Virus record (IMG/VR): IMGVR_UViG_3300034110_001129
DNA length: 20,000 nucleotides
Direction: 5' to 3' (one strand)
Source of the DNA: an uncultured virus (IMG/VR IMGVR_UViG_3300034110_001129)
Lineage: Duplodnaviria; Heunggongvirae; Uroviricota; Caudoviricetes
The translations under genes were made by a program, and so were the position numbers. Shown here one piece after another: positions 8,387-19,699 of the stretch (positions within the stretch are counted from its first letter, which is position 1; each line of letters starts with the position of its first letter). The notes beneath the pieces are model-generated. The model made no database searches. It worked only from the letters and a program-made list of their open reading frames with translations, and was not told where the DNA came from.

Positions 8387-8989
8387 ATGAAATGGCTAAA
8401 CTGTCAAGAAACAATTAATAAACTAAAAGAACAAAACATTCCAGTACGCCTCTGTAATTCGTATGAAGCTCTAGCAGAAGGTTCTAGCGGCATTAAGGAA
8501 AATTTAAATAACATTACTGAAATTCGTGTTATTAAAGAAATGTTTCTTATCAATAAGCTAAATGCTGAAGTCTTTTTTACTGCTGTATCGGAAAATATTA
8601 AAGATCCTTATTTCAAAAAAATTGTGGATGTTTTAAAAGTATATGCCTATCTCGATTATTTACTTTATACCATTTGTCATAATGGATTTTCAGTAAGCAC
8701 TCGTGACCTTGAGGCGACTTATATTAAAAGAACACCTGTAAAGAAAAAAGATGTGAGTGAGCCGCCAGAAGTGCGGTTATCTAATTTGTGTCTTGAAATT
8801 CCACTTGGCCCAATCATGAAATGCACGATACAAGCAAAAAATACTGAATATGATTTCAAAGATTTGTACGAGAAGGTCATTTACCCGGCCTTTAAAGAAA
8901 TGCTGAAAACCACTATTGATGTGGATATTAAAAGCATTGATGAGTTTAACAACGATATGTTTGACCTTTTAAAAATGGCAAGAATTTAA
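8387..8989 (+). CDS. Hypothetical protein, dispersed member of the C-terminal MxxI-motif family
   Basis: Start reassigned to ATG 8387 (GGAG SD, downstream of the promoter); 200 aa; ends ...NNDMFDLLKMARI. Confidence 0.8.
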   Translation: MKWLNCQETINKLKEQNIPVRLCNSYEALAEGSSGIKENLNNITEIRVIKEMFLINKLNAEVFFTAVSENIKDPYFKKIVDVLKVYAYLDYLLYTICHNGFSVSTRDLEATYIKRTPVKKKDVSEPPEVRLSNLCLEIPLGPIMKCTIQAKNTEYDFKDLYEKVIYPAFKEMLKTTIDVDIKSIDEFNNDMFDLLKMARI

Positions 8990-9025
8990 AAATTAATAAA
9001 TATTATTGATGAACAGGAGATAACC

Positions 9026-9352
9026 ATGTTAAATATATTAAGGTATGTATGGAGCTTATATGACTACTATACAAAATATAAGCATAACAGCGATTTTTTG
9101 ATGCATGATGATTTGTTAACAATCACTCGCCTTAGAAACATGAATGGATTAATCGTAGACACTCGCGGATCTCTTGGTTGCTCATCAGTGAGCATCAGTA
9201 ATCAATATGTCACCTTAGATACACCACAAACAACATTGGATTCATTTTTTGAAAAGTCATGGAATGAAGTTAAAAAACAATATCCACGTAGACAGTGGTA
9301 TTATCAAATGGAAAAAAGAATGATTAAATACCAAAGATCTAAAAATAAATAA
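9026..9352 (+). CDS. Hypothetical protein (108 aa)
   Basis: Strong AGGAGA SD; followed by a terminator. Confidence 0.75.
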   Translation: MLNILRYVWSLYDYYTKYKHNSDFLMHDDLLTITRLRNMNGLIVDTRGSLGCSSVSISNQYVTLDTPQTTLDSFFEKSWNEVKKQYPRRQWYYQMEKRMIKYQRSKNK

Positions 9353-9369
9353 TAATTATTATACACAAT

Positions 9370-9405
9370 AAAAAAGGCACTCTAATTGACTTAGGTGCCT
9401 TTTTT
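9370..9405. terminator. Bidirectional terminator ending the paralog array and the plus-strand operon
   Basis: AAAAAAGGCAC...GTGCCTTTTTT inverted repeat between convergent genes. Confidence 0.8.
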
Positions 9406-9424
9406 GTAAGAGATCTTTGGTCAT

Positions 9425-10243
9425 TTAAATAGTATTCATCAGAAGCAAATCAATTTTATCCGCTAAGTTGTCTTGTGGGATAAGTAAAAATTCAGAATGA
9501 ATGCCAGAATGAAGATTTTTAATATACATCATCAAGACTTCATGGGTAAAGATATCAATATCATGACTGGTAAATACAGTGCTGGCTTCTATAATATCTT
9601 CAACCGTGGCTAATCCGGTTAAGTCATTCGGTAGTTTATAGACAACCTTGTCAACTAAACTAAAATATAATGAAAATGGATTAATATGATTAAAGAAACT
9701 GATAGTGGGAAATACAACAACTTTTTTATCTCGGGTTACTGCAAAATTTTTCACAAATTCATACTGAGCGACATTTCTATATTGACCATGAACACATGAT
9801 GTTATGCCATGTTTTCCATCATCTTTTTCAGTCATAGACAAAACAGAAACACCTGTAGGTGCTCGTTGAAATGTATAAAATTCATGATTTTTAATCGCTG
9901 AATTAAATATTAGAAATTTTTTAAAGTTACTATTTTCTTCAAATTGTTTAATAAATTCGTTAATATTCAGAAAATGTTCTCTTGAATTTTTGTGCATATT
10001 GAATAATTGATTAAATTTATCTAAATGGGCAGAATTTTCAAGATGAATTGAATGAAACAGCGGTTGTTTTGGCTTCATTCTAAATTTTAGAAAGCTTTTT
10101 CCGATATAATGATCATGTTGATGCATTTTAAACAAAACGTTAATACGAATATCTTCTTTTGGATATTCTGTATAGGTAAAAAAAGTAATCCGTGTTGTTT
10201 TCGTATTAAATACATCAGAGAGTGCTTGCTGAATATTGTCCAT
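9425..10243 (-). CDS. C-terminal MxxI-motif family protein
   Basis: 272 aa; AGGAG SD; ends ...ADKIDLLLMNTI; own TGnTATAAT at about 10268-10276. Confidence 0.85.
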   Translation of the reverse strand: MDNIQQALSDVFNTKTTRITFFTYTEYPKEDIRINVLFKMHQHDHYIGKSFLKFRMKPKQPLFHSIHLENSAHLDKFNQLFNMHKNSREHFLNINEFIKQFEENSNFKKFLIFNSAIKNHEFYTFQRAPTGVSVLSMTEKDDGKHGITSCVHGQYRNVAQYEFVKNFAVTRDKKVVVFPTISFFNHINPFSLYFSLVDKVVYKLPNDLTGLATVEDIIEASTVFTSHDIDIFTHEVLMMYIKNLHSGIHSEFLLIPQDNLADKIDLLLMNTI

Positions 10244-10276
10244 ATTGGACTCCTAAAATAATAGGTAATTATAACA

Positions 10277-11068
10277 CTATACAAGGTTCATTTCAACCAA
10301 ATTCATCATGTCTTCATAGTTTGAACAGCTATCAAAAATAGTATCAACTAGTCGTCTATTTTTGAGAACGGCATCAATGTAATAAAAGAAAATATCATAT
10401 GACCATTCGGAATCAACTACATTTTTTAAATCATCAAGTTCAACACCATTTTCAAATAGTTCTTCAAAGGTGAGGAAATAACGATCAGCATTATTCCCAC
10501 TAAAGGTTGATGGGTTAGCCGCTTTACTGAGTTCGGGTGATAAAATAATAGAGTAGTTTTTTTGTTTTAAAGAAATATCCAAAAACAAGACTGGACGAAA
10601 TTTATTCGAGTTGTCCAACACCATTTTTTTTGTGTATGAATAATAAAAATTATGATTATAAGGATTATGATAGAGTTCAATGTCATTCAAAATTGAAGCA
10701 TTATAAAACAGATGTTCATTTTTCTGACTAACAGTATAAATCGTATGTAAACGTTTTAAATCAAAATGACCTCGCGTTTCAATCATATGAACTAACGCAT
10801 CATTTAAACAAAAAGCAGCAAAGCCTTTTGCTAATAAAATATTTTCATCTTCCGTGGGAATCATAGTCGGAATACATGATAAATAGAGAGATTCATCGTA
10901 AAAGACAGAGCTTGATATGAAATTTCCTTTAAAATTTAATAAAGCCACGGGGATATCACTGCTATCCAGTAATGAAACAGTCGAGGAATTAAGAAATTCA
11001 GCCCGATTAAAATACCCCTGAAAATTATATTCAAGGGCTTTTAGAAAATGTTCATCAATCTTGGGCAT
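10277..11068 (-). CDS. C-terminal MxxI-motif family protein
   Basis: 263 aa; ends ...YEDMMNLVEMNLV. Confidence 0.85.
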   Translation of the reverse strand: MPKIDEHFLKALEYNFQGYFNRAEFLNSSTVSLLDSSDIPVALLNFKGNFISSSVFYDESLYLSCIPTMIPTEDENILLAKGFAAFCLNDALVHMIETRGHFDLKRLHTIYTVSQKNEHLFYNASILNDIELYHNPYNHNFYYSYTKKMVLDNSNKFRPVLFLDISLKQKNYSIILSPELSKAANPSTFSGNNADRYFLTFEELFENGVELDDLKNVVDSEWSYDIFFYYIDAVLKNRRLVDTIFDSCSNYEDMMNLVEMNLV

Positions 11069-11070
11069 GA

Positions 11071-11976
11071 TTAATAGGTCAACATTTCAGTGACTTTCAA
11101 TCGACCAATCAATTCTTCTCTGGGCAATGTCATCATTAGCTTTTTCTCCTTCAACTTCAAGTTTTCAGCACGACCAATCATGTCTACAACACATTTTAAA
11201 AATTTAGCATTAAACCTTTCAAACATCTGGTTAATATCGGCTTCCATATTATCAGAAAACATAGGAACTGCATACTTAAATTTCAAAGTTGATAAAACAG
11301 GAAGGTTGAACAGGAATCCCGGCACAAAAGCACCTGATTCATTTTTCAATAACACAATTTCAACTTTTGATGGTGAAAAAGAAAAATTGTTATTTTTTCG
11401 TGAGTTTTCTGTTTTTGACATATACCCATAATAGGATTTACACAATCGTTGTTCTTTGGTGTCTTTGTAAGTTTTCGTTTTCACAAAAAAGTCTTTCAAC
11501 GTTTGTGGTACGGGACTTTTTTCAAACTTAGAAAAGAATTCAAATTCATCGGTTTCCTTAATGTAACGGTCTATAACAGTGTCCATAATAGAAGCGGGTA
11601 AGGCCCGACCTGCCATAAGCTGTTCAAATAAGGTTAAGACAACCTTGCTTTTGTCTATTTTATCGTTAAATATGGTGTAAACAGCTTGACCATCGTAAAC
11701 ATGGTTATAGACCCTAAAATACTTAGTGTCCAGAGATGTAGGCCCACGCTCAACCAATAGCTTAAAACCATAGGCACTATTTTCTTCAAGGGGATAATCT
11801 CTTGGGCCATATTTTTCAGTCATTATCGTTCGGACTTGTTTTATCAAGGGTTCATAATCATTCATAGCAGCCTCTTTTCGTTGTATAGCCTCCTTGTCAG
11901 CTTCCTCAAAGGTGGTAATCTTAACATCACCTTTCTTGATATTAGATAGCAAGGTATTAAGTATAATTTTATTCAC
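11071..11976 (-). CDS. C-terminal MxxI-motif family protein
   Basis: 301 aa; GTG start with AGGA SD; ends ...IGRLKVTEMLTY. Confidence 0.85.
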   Translation of the reverse strand: MNKIILNTLLSNIKKGDVKITTFEEADKEAIQRKEAAMNDYEPLIKQVRTIMTEKYGPRDYPLEENSAYGFKLLVERGPTSLDTKYFRVYNHVYDGQAVYTIFNDKIDKSKVVLTLFEQLMAGRALPASIMDTVIDRYIKETDEFEFFSKFEKSPVPQTLKDFFVKTKTYKDTKEQRLCKSYYGYMSKTENSRKNNNFSFSPSKVEIVLLKNESGAFVPGFLFNLPVLSTLKFKYAVPMFSDNMEADINQMFERFNAKFLKCVVDMIGRAENLKLKEKKLMMTLPREELIGRLKVTEMLTY

Positions 11977-11991
11977 TGTTAATATCCTATA

Positions 11992-12765
11992 TTAAATATG
12001 GTTCATTGCAATGATTGAAAGGTAATCTTCAAACGATTCTTGGCTCATTGTATTAAAAGCTTCGTTATCAATATCAAATACTTTTTGGAACAACACCTGA
12101 ACAGTCGGCAAGATATCCAGTAACGCCTTACTGATAAATCCATTTAAATCTTTCTGCATATTGTAAGCATTATATAAATGGACATCATGTTTTATGTTTC
12201 CAAACTGAATTCGCATAAAAGGATAGGCAACAAAACTATTATCCTCATAATAAAACATCATTTTGGTTAAAATAGTAATCAGCGATTGTCGAATATTATA
12301 AATCTTATTATTGATAAAATGGTTAGAGTAAGTTTTGGTAGCAAAAAAATAAGCATGCGAACTGTAGTCACGAATATATCCAAAGTCTGATTTCAATAAA
12401 GGATTGTCCATAAAATCAGACTTTTTCAATAAACTATATTTTTTTGTAAAGTTTAAAAAGTTTGATTTAAAAGAATCTACAATGATATCTGATTTTTTAT
12501 GCATAAGTTTGGTTGATAATTCTTGAAGAAACGTTTCGCTGATATCGGTTGAAATCTTGATAGTTTTCTTATCTTGTCGATTGACGTGAGCATAAATGAA
12601 ATGAGTTCCTGTCTCCAATTCAACAGTAAACTTAATAACATCAGTTACACCCATTTCAGATTTATGTTTAATGTTTATACCAACAACATCAAGATTCATA
12701 GTCTCTTTGAGCATACGAGAAAAATCTTTTTTAATAGCAGTAAGGTAATTCACTTCTTTTTTCAT
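11992..12765 (-). CDS. C-terminal MxxI-motif family protein
   Basis: 257 aa; ATGA overlap with the upstream gene; ends ...FEDYLSIIAMNHI. Confidence 0.85.
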   Translation of the reverse strand: MKKEVNYLTAIKKDFSRMLKETMNLDVVGINIKHKSEMGVTDVIKFTVELETGTHFIYAHVNRQDKKTIKISTDISETFLQELSTKLMHKKSDIIVDSFKSNFLNFTKKYSLLKKSDFMDNPLLKSDFGYIRDYSSHAYFFATKTYSNHFINNKIYNIRQSLITILTKMMFYYEDNSFVAYPFMRIQFGNIKHDVHLYNAYNMQKDLNGFISKALLDILPTVQVLFQKVFDIDNEAFNTMSQESFEDYLSIIAMNHI

Positions 12766-13571
12766 ACTTTTAACATCTCCAATACTTTAAAATCATCAAG
12801 AGTTCCAGTCGCCTCTGATATTGTGTGTATACCATTGGTTTCAATGTAAAAATGATATAGTTTAGCGGCTACTTCACCTATAAAATTATCCACATACTGC
12901 CGCAAATGACTAGATCCTTCAATATTTTCAATAGCAGTCGCTTTCATATAGTAAGCTGACGATTGTGTTTTAGCCGCTATTTTACTTAAAGCAGGTCTAT
13001 CGGTATTCAGGTGATACTCAGTTTCATCAAGAATAGATACAATTTCTCCTGAATCTTCATCGACAAAGAAGCGAGCTTTACCAAATCCACGAAAGTTAAT
13101 AACCATATCAATAATAGGCTTAATTTTAAATTCTGGTGTAATCACATAACCCGTTTCTATAAAGATCATATTCCATGCATTCTTATAATAAAATGAAGGC
13201 TTAAAGGTTATACGTTTACCAGTAATTTTAGCTCCTTCTAGAAAAGATGAACCAAAAATAATAGGTTCGATAAGAATAACTTTTGATAATTCGTTTTCAA
13301 ATAATGCATTTGAAATTTTTTGGCAATTGTTTAATTCCTTAAATTGAGTAAAAATAGATTCAGCTTGTTCAAAAAATGTGTTGTCTATTAATGAATAGTA
13401 GTCAAACTTACGAACTTCTGAATCATAAGAGAATCGCAACAGCACCTTAGATGTAACATTATTCATGAGTTGAAACATTCCATTCATCTCATCAAAAGAC
13501 AGGGAGTAGTCATCACCAAGTCGAAGCTTGAAGGCGGTTATAATGTTATCAACAGTGGTTAATTCGTTCAT
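12762..13571 (-). CDS. C-terminal MxxI-motif family protein
   Basis: 269 aa; TAATG overlap with the upstream gene; ends ...LDDFKVLEMLKV. Confidence 0.85.
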   Translation of the reverse strand: MNELTTVDNIITAFKLRLGDDYSLSFDEMNGMFQLMNNVTSKVLLRFSYDSEVRKFDYYSLIDNTFFEQAESIFTQFKELNNCQKISNALFENELSKVILIEPIIFGSSFLEGAKITGKRITFKPSFYYKNAWNMIFIETGYVITPEFKIKPIIDMVINFRGFGKARFFVDEDSGEIVSILDETEYHLNTDRPALSKIAAKTQSSAYYMKATAIENIEGSSHLRQYVDNFIGEVAAKLYHFYIETNGIHTISEATGTLDDFKVLEMLKV

Positions 13572-14338
13572 TAAATAGTTTCCATACTCATGAGTGTAAT
13601 ATAGTCTCGAACGGAATCATCAGCAAAGCAACGAACATCATCCATATCAAGTTCAAATTTTTTACAAATAGTTTTGGCTGAGCTATCTAATACAGCCGAT
13701 TGCATTCTTAAACAAATAGCGTCAAGTTGAGCAATAAAGTCTTCATCTTGTTTTAGATTAATTGAAAAGGTCTTGTGGTCAATAACAAAGGTTAACATTT
13801 TACTGGATTTTAATGCACCATCTTCCAAGTAGTAGTATGGCATACTTCTTATACGCGAATTGGTAAAAGCAAACTCACGCAAATGAACTTCAAACGATAT
13901 TTTTCCTTGCAAGATCTCTTTATGGACATAATGCTTAATTTTTGTTTTTTTATTATGGTAAAGTTCACCAACAGCTTGAGCACCAAATTTAATATGTACG
14001 GCACCGACATTAAAATTTTTAACGACATGCTCAAGAGCACTTTTAACAACATGTAACTGCTTATTTTCATGTTGGGATGCAAAAAACAAATAGAAATCTT
14101 TCAAAATATTAGGTGATGAACTGACTTTCATGGTAATACTTGAAACATTATACAAATAATCGGCTGAAATGTAGTGAACTTTTTCTCTAATTGTTTTGTA
14201 ATGACAAGTGATGACATACCCTGTTTCGTAACCATTCTCATCAATAGAAAACGATTCAACGGGACACAACATTGCCTCTTCAATAAATTTGATAATATTG
14301 TCTTTGATACGTGTCGCATTGTCTAAAAAAATTGACAT
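13571..14338 (-). CDS. C-terminal MxxI-motif family protein
   Basis: Start reassigned to ATG 14338 (GGAG SD; TGATATAAT at 14364-14372); ends ...VRDYITLMSMETI. Confidence 0.85.
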   Translation of the reverse strand: MSIFLDNATRIKDNIIKFIEEAMLCPVESFSIDENGYETGYVITCHYKTIREKVHYISADYLYNVSSITMKVSSSPNILKDFYLFFASQHENKQLHVVKSALEHVVKNFNVGAVHIKFGAQAVGELYHNKKTKIKHYVHKEILQGKISFEVHLREFAFTNSRIRSMPYYYLEDGALKSSKMLTFVIDHKTFSINLKQDEDFIAQLDAICLRMQSAVLDSSAKTICKKFELDMDDVRCFADDSVRDYITLMSMETI

Positions 14339-14388
14339 AATATAAAGCTCCAAATAATGAAGGATTATATCATATTGTCAGGATTTAA

Positions 14389-15210
14389 TCAATAAGAAGC
14401 CATCTCAGTTACGATGACATAATCAACCAATTGTTGCATGGAATAATCTTTAAGTTCATCAAAATTTTCATGTGATTTTAATTTAAGATTGCGTTTAATC
14501 ATTTCATACAATTGATGTCTAATGCAGTTTTCATACTTATATAATAACAATTGCAAGTCTTCATCTGTAATACCTTTATTGATATCCACCATCATGGTAA
14601 ATTTAATATCAGCTAACAAGGGTATATTTAACACATAAACAGGAGATAAATCACCAGAATAGGTAGACATATGTAAACTCATCGTACAGACAGAATAAGC
14701 AGCTTTTGCCTTTTTATTGGAGAATCTACGACGTTGTTCAGCTCTACGACTACGATCTGAATAATAAAACATAGCCAAATGTTTCTTATTGGTGAATTTT
14801 TTTTTGCGATTTTCAGCCGTTAAGGATTCCATTGAGAGATCTTTTGGATGATATTCGACTGAATTAAATTGATTCCACTTTTGACCTACATCAAAAAATG
14901 CCTTCATAATTTTTTCTAAGTAACTTTCATCAACAATGTTTTCTTTAATGAGAGTGGAATATAATGATTGATACTCTTGAATAGCACCTTCCATCCCAAC
15001 TTTTAAAAAATGACCATTATGAGATGAAAGCACAAAAGCATTTAAAATAAGATGAGCATTATGATTTTTTCGATATTTAAAAATGGAGAAGTTGTCATGA
15101 GCATAATCAACAGTATACTCACGCAATGGAAAATCTAACCCATCAGACAACACTGTTGTAGCATGCTGCAACAGTGGCTGACAGATTTCTTTTACGTTGA
15201 GTTTAGACAA
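14389..15210 (-). CDS. C-terminal MxxI-motif family protein
   Basis: 273 aa; TTG start immediately after the serS stop, with a GGAG SD inside the serS 3' end; ends ...LVDYVIVTEMASY. Confidence 0.85.
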   Translation of the reverse strand: MSKLNVKEICQPLLQHATTVLSDGLDFPLREYTVDYAHDNFSIFKYRKNHNAHLILNAFVLSSHNGHFLKVGMEGAIQEYQSLYSTLIKENIVDESYLEKIMKAFFDVGQKWNQFNSVEYHPKDLSMESLTAENRKKKFTNKKHLAMFYYSDRSRRAEQRRRFSNKKAKAAYSVCTMSLHMSTYSGDLSPVYVLNIPLLADIKFTMMVDINKGITDEDLQLLLYKYENCIRHQLYEMIKRNLKLKSHENFDELKDYSMQQLVDYVIVTEMASY

Positions 15211-16491
<1,281 letters not shown>

Positions 16492-16529
16492 TCAAATATT
16501 CGCTATCTTAACATAGTAATACTATTTAT

Positions 16530-17300
16530 TCAATAGTGATCGATGGCTAAAATAGGATAGTAAGCAATAAGTTCTTCATCAGACAAGGCATTAGCTTGTT
16601 GAGCAGTCATGTTATACAATTTACACAATCGTCCCACTATATTAGTTTTATGAAGCTCATAAAACTGATGACTGAAAAATTTTACAGACTTATCTAATAA
16701 TACCAAATCATGTTCTATTTTTTTACAGAATGAAAACTCTAAACCATAGGAAATAAAATGAAACTCGTCATTAAGATACAATTGATCGTTTTCAAATAAA
16801 AATTTAGGAATTCTTACTACATCAAAGGTTTCAAAAGGTGTGGTTATCTTAGCATGAACTGGAGCATTCAGTAATACAGAATTGGAGTGTTCTTTAAATT
16901 TTAAAGTACTTTTCGCATAAGGCAAAACATTGATATATTGAATTAACTTCAAAGGTTCAGTGAGTTCTTTAACGGCATTCATATACAAAGAAAATGAATC
17001 ACTGCTACGCTCTTTGAAGTATTTAATAAATTTGTTATACAATGGCAAATATTTTCTATTAACAATATTCAATAAAATAGTATTAACAACGGTTTGATCC
17101 ATTCTTATATTATTTTGAACAGTAAACGATAATATCGTGGCTCCATTTCGAGTATTAACATTAATCAAGTTTTTATTCAGTTGTCCAGAATAATAGTTGA
17201 CACCCATTTTAATATGAAAAACAGGGGTTTCTTTTAAATGATTTTTAAAAAAAGGTTTTATTGTTTTAATGACTGCATCACATAATTCTTCATCGTTCAT
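16530..17300 (-). CDS. C-terminal motif family protein (IxxY variant)
   Basis: 256 aa; AAGGAG SD; ends ...LIAYYPILAIDHY; clear paralog of 17317-18078. Confidence 0.85.
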   Translation of the reverse strand: MNDEELCDAVIKTIKPFFKNHLKETPVFHIKMGVNYYSGQLNKNLINVNTRNGATILSFTVQNNIRMDQTVVNTILLNIVNRKYLPLYNKFIKYFKERSSDSFSLYMNAVKELTEPLKLIQYINVLPYAKSTLKFKEHSNSVLLNAPVHAKITTPFETFDVVRIPKFLFENDQLYLNDEFHFISYGLEFSFCKKIEHDLVLLDKSVKFFSHQFYELHKTNIVGRLCKLYNMTAQQANALSDEELIAYYPILAIDHY

Positions 17301-17316
17301 AATTGAAACTCCTTAC

Positions 17317-18078
17317 CTAATAACGTTCAATAGACAAAACAGGATAGTATTCTTGAAATTGTTTAGTTTTCCAAGTTTTAAAATCGCTGATAGGAATGTC
17401 GTAGAGTTCATGGATTTTTCCTGTAATAGTTTCATAATGAGTCTTATAGAAACTTTCTGAAAATTCATCAACAACGTCTAAAATATAATCAACATCGTTT
17501 TCTGTTTGTTGACAAAATGTATATGAAGTACCAAGCGACGAAAAACTAAAATGATCATGTAAATAGAATCTATTGTTTTCAAAGAAAAATCGTGGCATTT
17601 TTCTAATATTGATAGTTTCAAAAGGCGTTGTCATAATCGCATGAATACAAGAATCAATTTTAACAAACTTATCATCATCTATTAATTTTCTGTTTTCCCA
17701 AGGTAAGACTTCAATAGCATTGATCAATTTTAATTTTTTTGTTTTTTGAACCAAGCTTTCCATATACAATGAAAATGAATTTGAACTGTTTTTACAGCAT
17801 TTATTGATAAATAAATTATAAATATTCAAATGTTGTGAATCATGCAATTTAACCACAATACCTTGAAACACTTGATTATAGACTTGTCTATTTCTAGTGA
17901 GAATAAAAGATAAGAGTGGGACACCCGTAGATGACACCATAACTAATTTATCATGAGAGACACCTTGTGGGTTAATATTGTTCAAAGATTGTTTAAAAAA
18001 TACAGAAAAGTTTAGATATTCAGCAGCAAATAAGCCGAGAACCTTTTCCATTTGCTCAAACAATATGGCAGCTCTCAT
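17317..18078 (-). CDS. C-terminal motif family protein (IxxY variant)
   Basis: 253 aa; ATGA overlap with the upstream gene; ends ...FQEYYPVLSIERY. Confidence 0.85.
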   Translation of the reverse strand: MRAAILFEQMEKVLGLFAAEYLNFSVFFKQSLNNINPQGVSHDKLVMVSSTGVPLLSFILTRNRQVYNQVFQGIVVKLHDSQHLNIYNLFINKCCKNSSNSFSLYMESLVQKTKKLKLINAIEVLPWENRKLIDDDKFVKIDSCIHAIMTTPFETINIRKMPRFFFENNRFYLHDHFSFSSLGTSYTFCQQTENDVDYILDVVDEFSESFYKTHYETITGKIHELYDIPISDFKTWKTKQFQEYYPVLSIERY

Positions 18079-18812
18079 ATTTTCTCCATTTCTAATAATT
18101 GTACATAACGAACAATATCTGCATCAGATACAGACTTAGGATCAAGTGTTTCTTTCAACCGTTGACGAACCCTATTGATAATATTCGCTTTTGTCGTATT
18201 ATAAATTTCTTTTTCAAGATCAATATAAAAATTAGGATTGTTAGCCAGCAATTGTGGATGCGAACTAAGGATTTTATCTTTAAACGCAACGGCATACTCT
18301 AATCGCAGATCAAGATATAACTCGCCATCATAAATAGTGAACACAAAATCATGACTAATGCTTGTCGAGCCTAATGATGATTTAAACCGAGCAATAGACT
18401 CACCAGAGAGCTTGTTAAATTCGTTAACTGTATTAACGCGATCAGAACTAAAAAGCGTCCATATTTCATCTTCTTGTTTAGCATAGTCAATTTTGAAAAC
18501 CGATAATTTATTATTGACACGAGAAAAGATATCCAAAAGTCGAGTGTAATGTTCTGGTGCTCTTTTTGCTTTTTGAACCATTTCTCGAAGGTATGCTTCT
18601 CCATCACCATCATAATGGTAAATATTCAAAATAGGTAAGATACCTTTTCGTTCATTGACGTAAATGATAAGAAGATGTTTTTTCTTTCTGTCTTCTTCAA
18701 TACTGACCATAAATAATGGATTGATGGCGGGAACTTCTTCAACCAGAACATTAAGCTGAAAATGGTCTTTAAAGAAAGAAGTAAATACTGGAATAACTAA
18801 ATCTTTTAACAT
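18075..18812 (-). CDS. C-terminal MxxI-motif family protein
   Basis: Start reassigned to ATG 18812 (GGAG SD, which removes the overlap with the upstream gene); ends ...IVRYVQLLEMEKI. Confidence 0.85.
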   Translation of the reverse strand: MLKDLVIPVFTSFFKDHFQLNVLVEEVPAINPLFMVSIEEDRKKKHLLIIYVNERKGILPILNIYHYDGDGEAYLREMVQKAKRAPEHYTRLLDIFSRVNNKLSVFKIDYAKQEDEIWTLFSSDRVNTVNEFNKLSGESIARFKSSLGSTSISHDFVFTIYDGELYLDLRLEYAVAFKDKILSSHPQLLANNPNFYIDLEKEIYNTTKANIINRVRQRLKETLDPKSVSDADIVRYVQLLEMEKI

Positions 18813-18828
18813 AACAAAAACTCCATTC

Positions 18829-19647
18829 TTAAATTTTAACCATAGCAAGGACATCAAGGTACTTATTAAACAATTCTTGACTTGTATTGTTTAAATCGAC
18901 ACCCATATTTAAAAACTTGATTTCAATTCGCTCTTTAAAATAATCATAGAAATAAGTATACAGCAAGTTTCGCGTTAAGGTATCAACAGTAGAAACAGTA
19001 GATTGAGATGGTTTACTGATCAATATGATTTCTGAGCCATTGGGCTGTAAAATGTTAACATGCTGATCAAAGAATAGTCCCCTAATACTTAAATCAATCT
19101 TAAATACACCTTTCTCAAACGATTGAGACAGATTACACTTTAAATCAACACTATTATTTCTAATCAGTTTTTTTACAACTGGATTATATTTAAGGTTAGC
19201 AATAACAAGTGAATTTTTCTTATTAACAATTGATGTATCAAAATGCAGTAAAAGTAAATTGGGTGTGAATAACACATCGCCTGTTTTGACAAATAAACCA
19301 ATATCCAGCCCTGCCTGAACATAGTTATCATGAATACTTTTAATCGACTTAAAGTTTACATCAAAGATAGTATCAAGATACTGTATCATTCTGGATGTTT
19401 TGATAGCATTATCTTCTGTATTGAATTCAAAGTGCAGATCATACAGTCTACTTTTATTTGAGTTGTCTTTTTTGGACTCTTCAATATGAATCACATCACC
19501 ATTACTGTTAGGAATCGTCAAGACAGAAAATTCCTTACCATCAAAAGTTTTAGGTTCGCTGACGTTATGATCTTCATACGAAAACCCTTCGACCAAGAGT
19601 TTGGCTGAATAGTGTGCTTTAAATTGTTCTAAAAATAAGATATCCAT
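18829..19647 (-). CDS. C-terminal MxxI-motif family protein
   Basis: 272 aa; GGAG SD and TGATATAAT at 19671-19679; ends ...FNKYLDVLAMVKI. Confidence 0.85.
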   Translation of the reverse strand: MDILFLEQFKAHYSAKLLVEGFSYEDHNVSEPKTFDGKEFSVLTIPNSNGDVIHIEESKKDNSNKSRLYDLHFEFNTEDNAIKTSRMIQYLDTIFDVNFKSIKSIHDNYVQAGLDIGLFVKTGDVLFTPNLLLLHFDTSIVNKKNSLVIANLKYNPVVKKLIRNNSVDLKCNLSQSFEKGVFKIDLSIRGLFFDQHVNILQPNGSEIILISKPSQSTVSTVDTLTRNLLYTYFYDYFKERIEIKFLNMGVDLNNTSQELFNKYLDVLAMVKI

Positions 19648-19699
19648 AAGAACTCCATGAAAGATGTCTTATTATATCACAAGCCAATTGAAAAATAAA

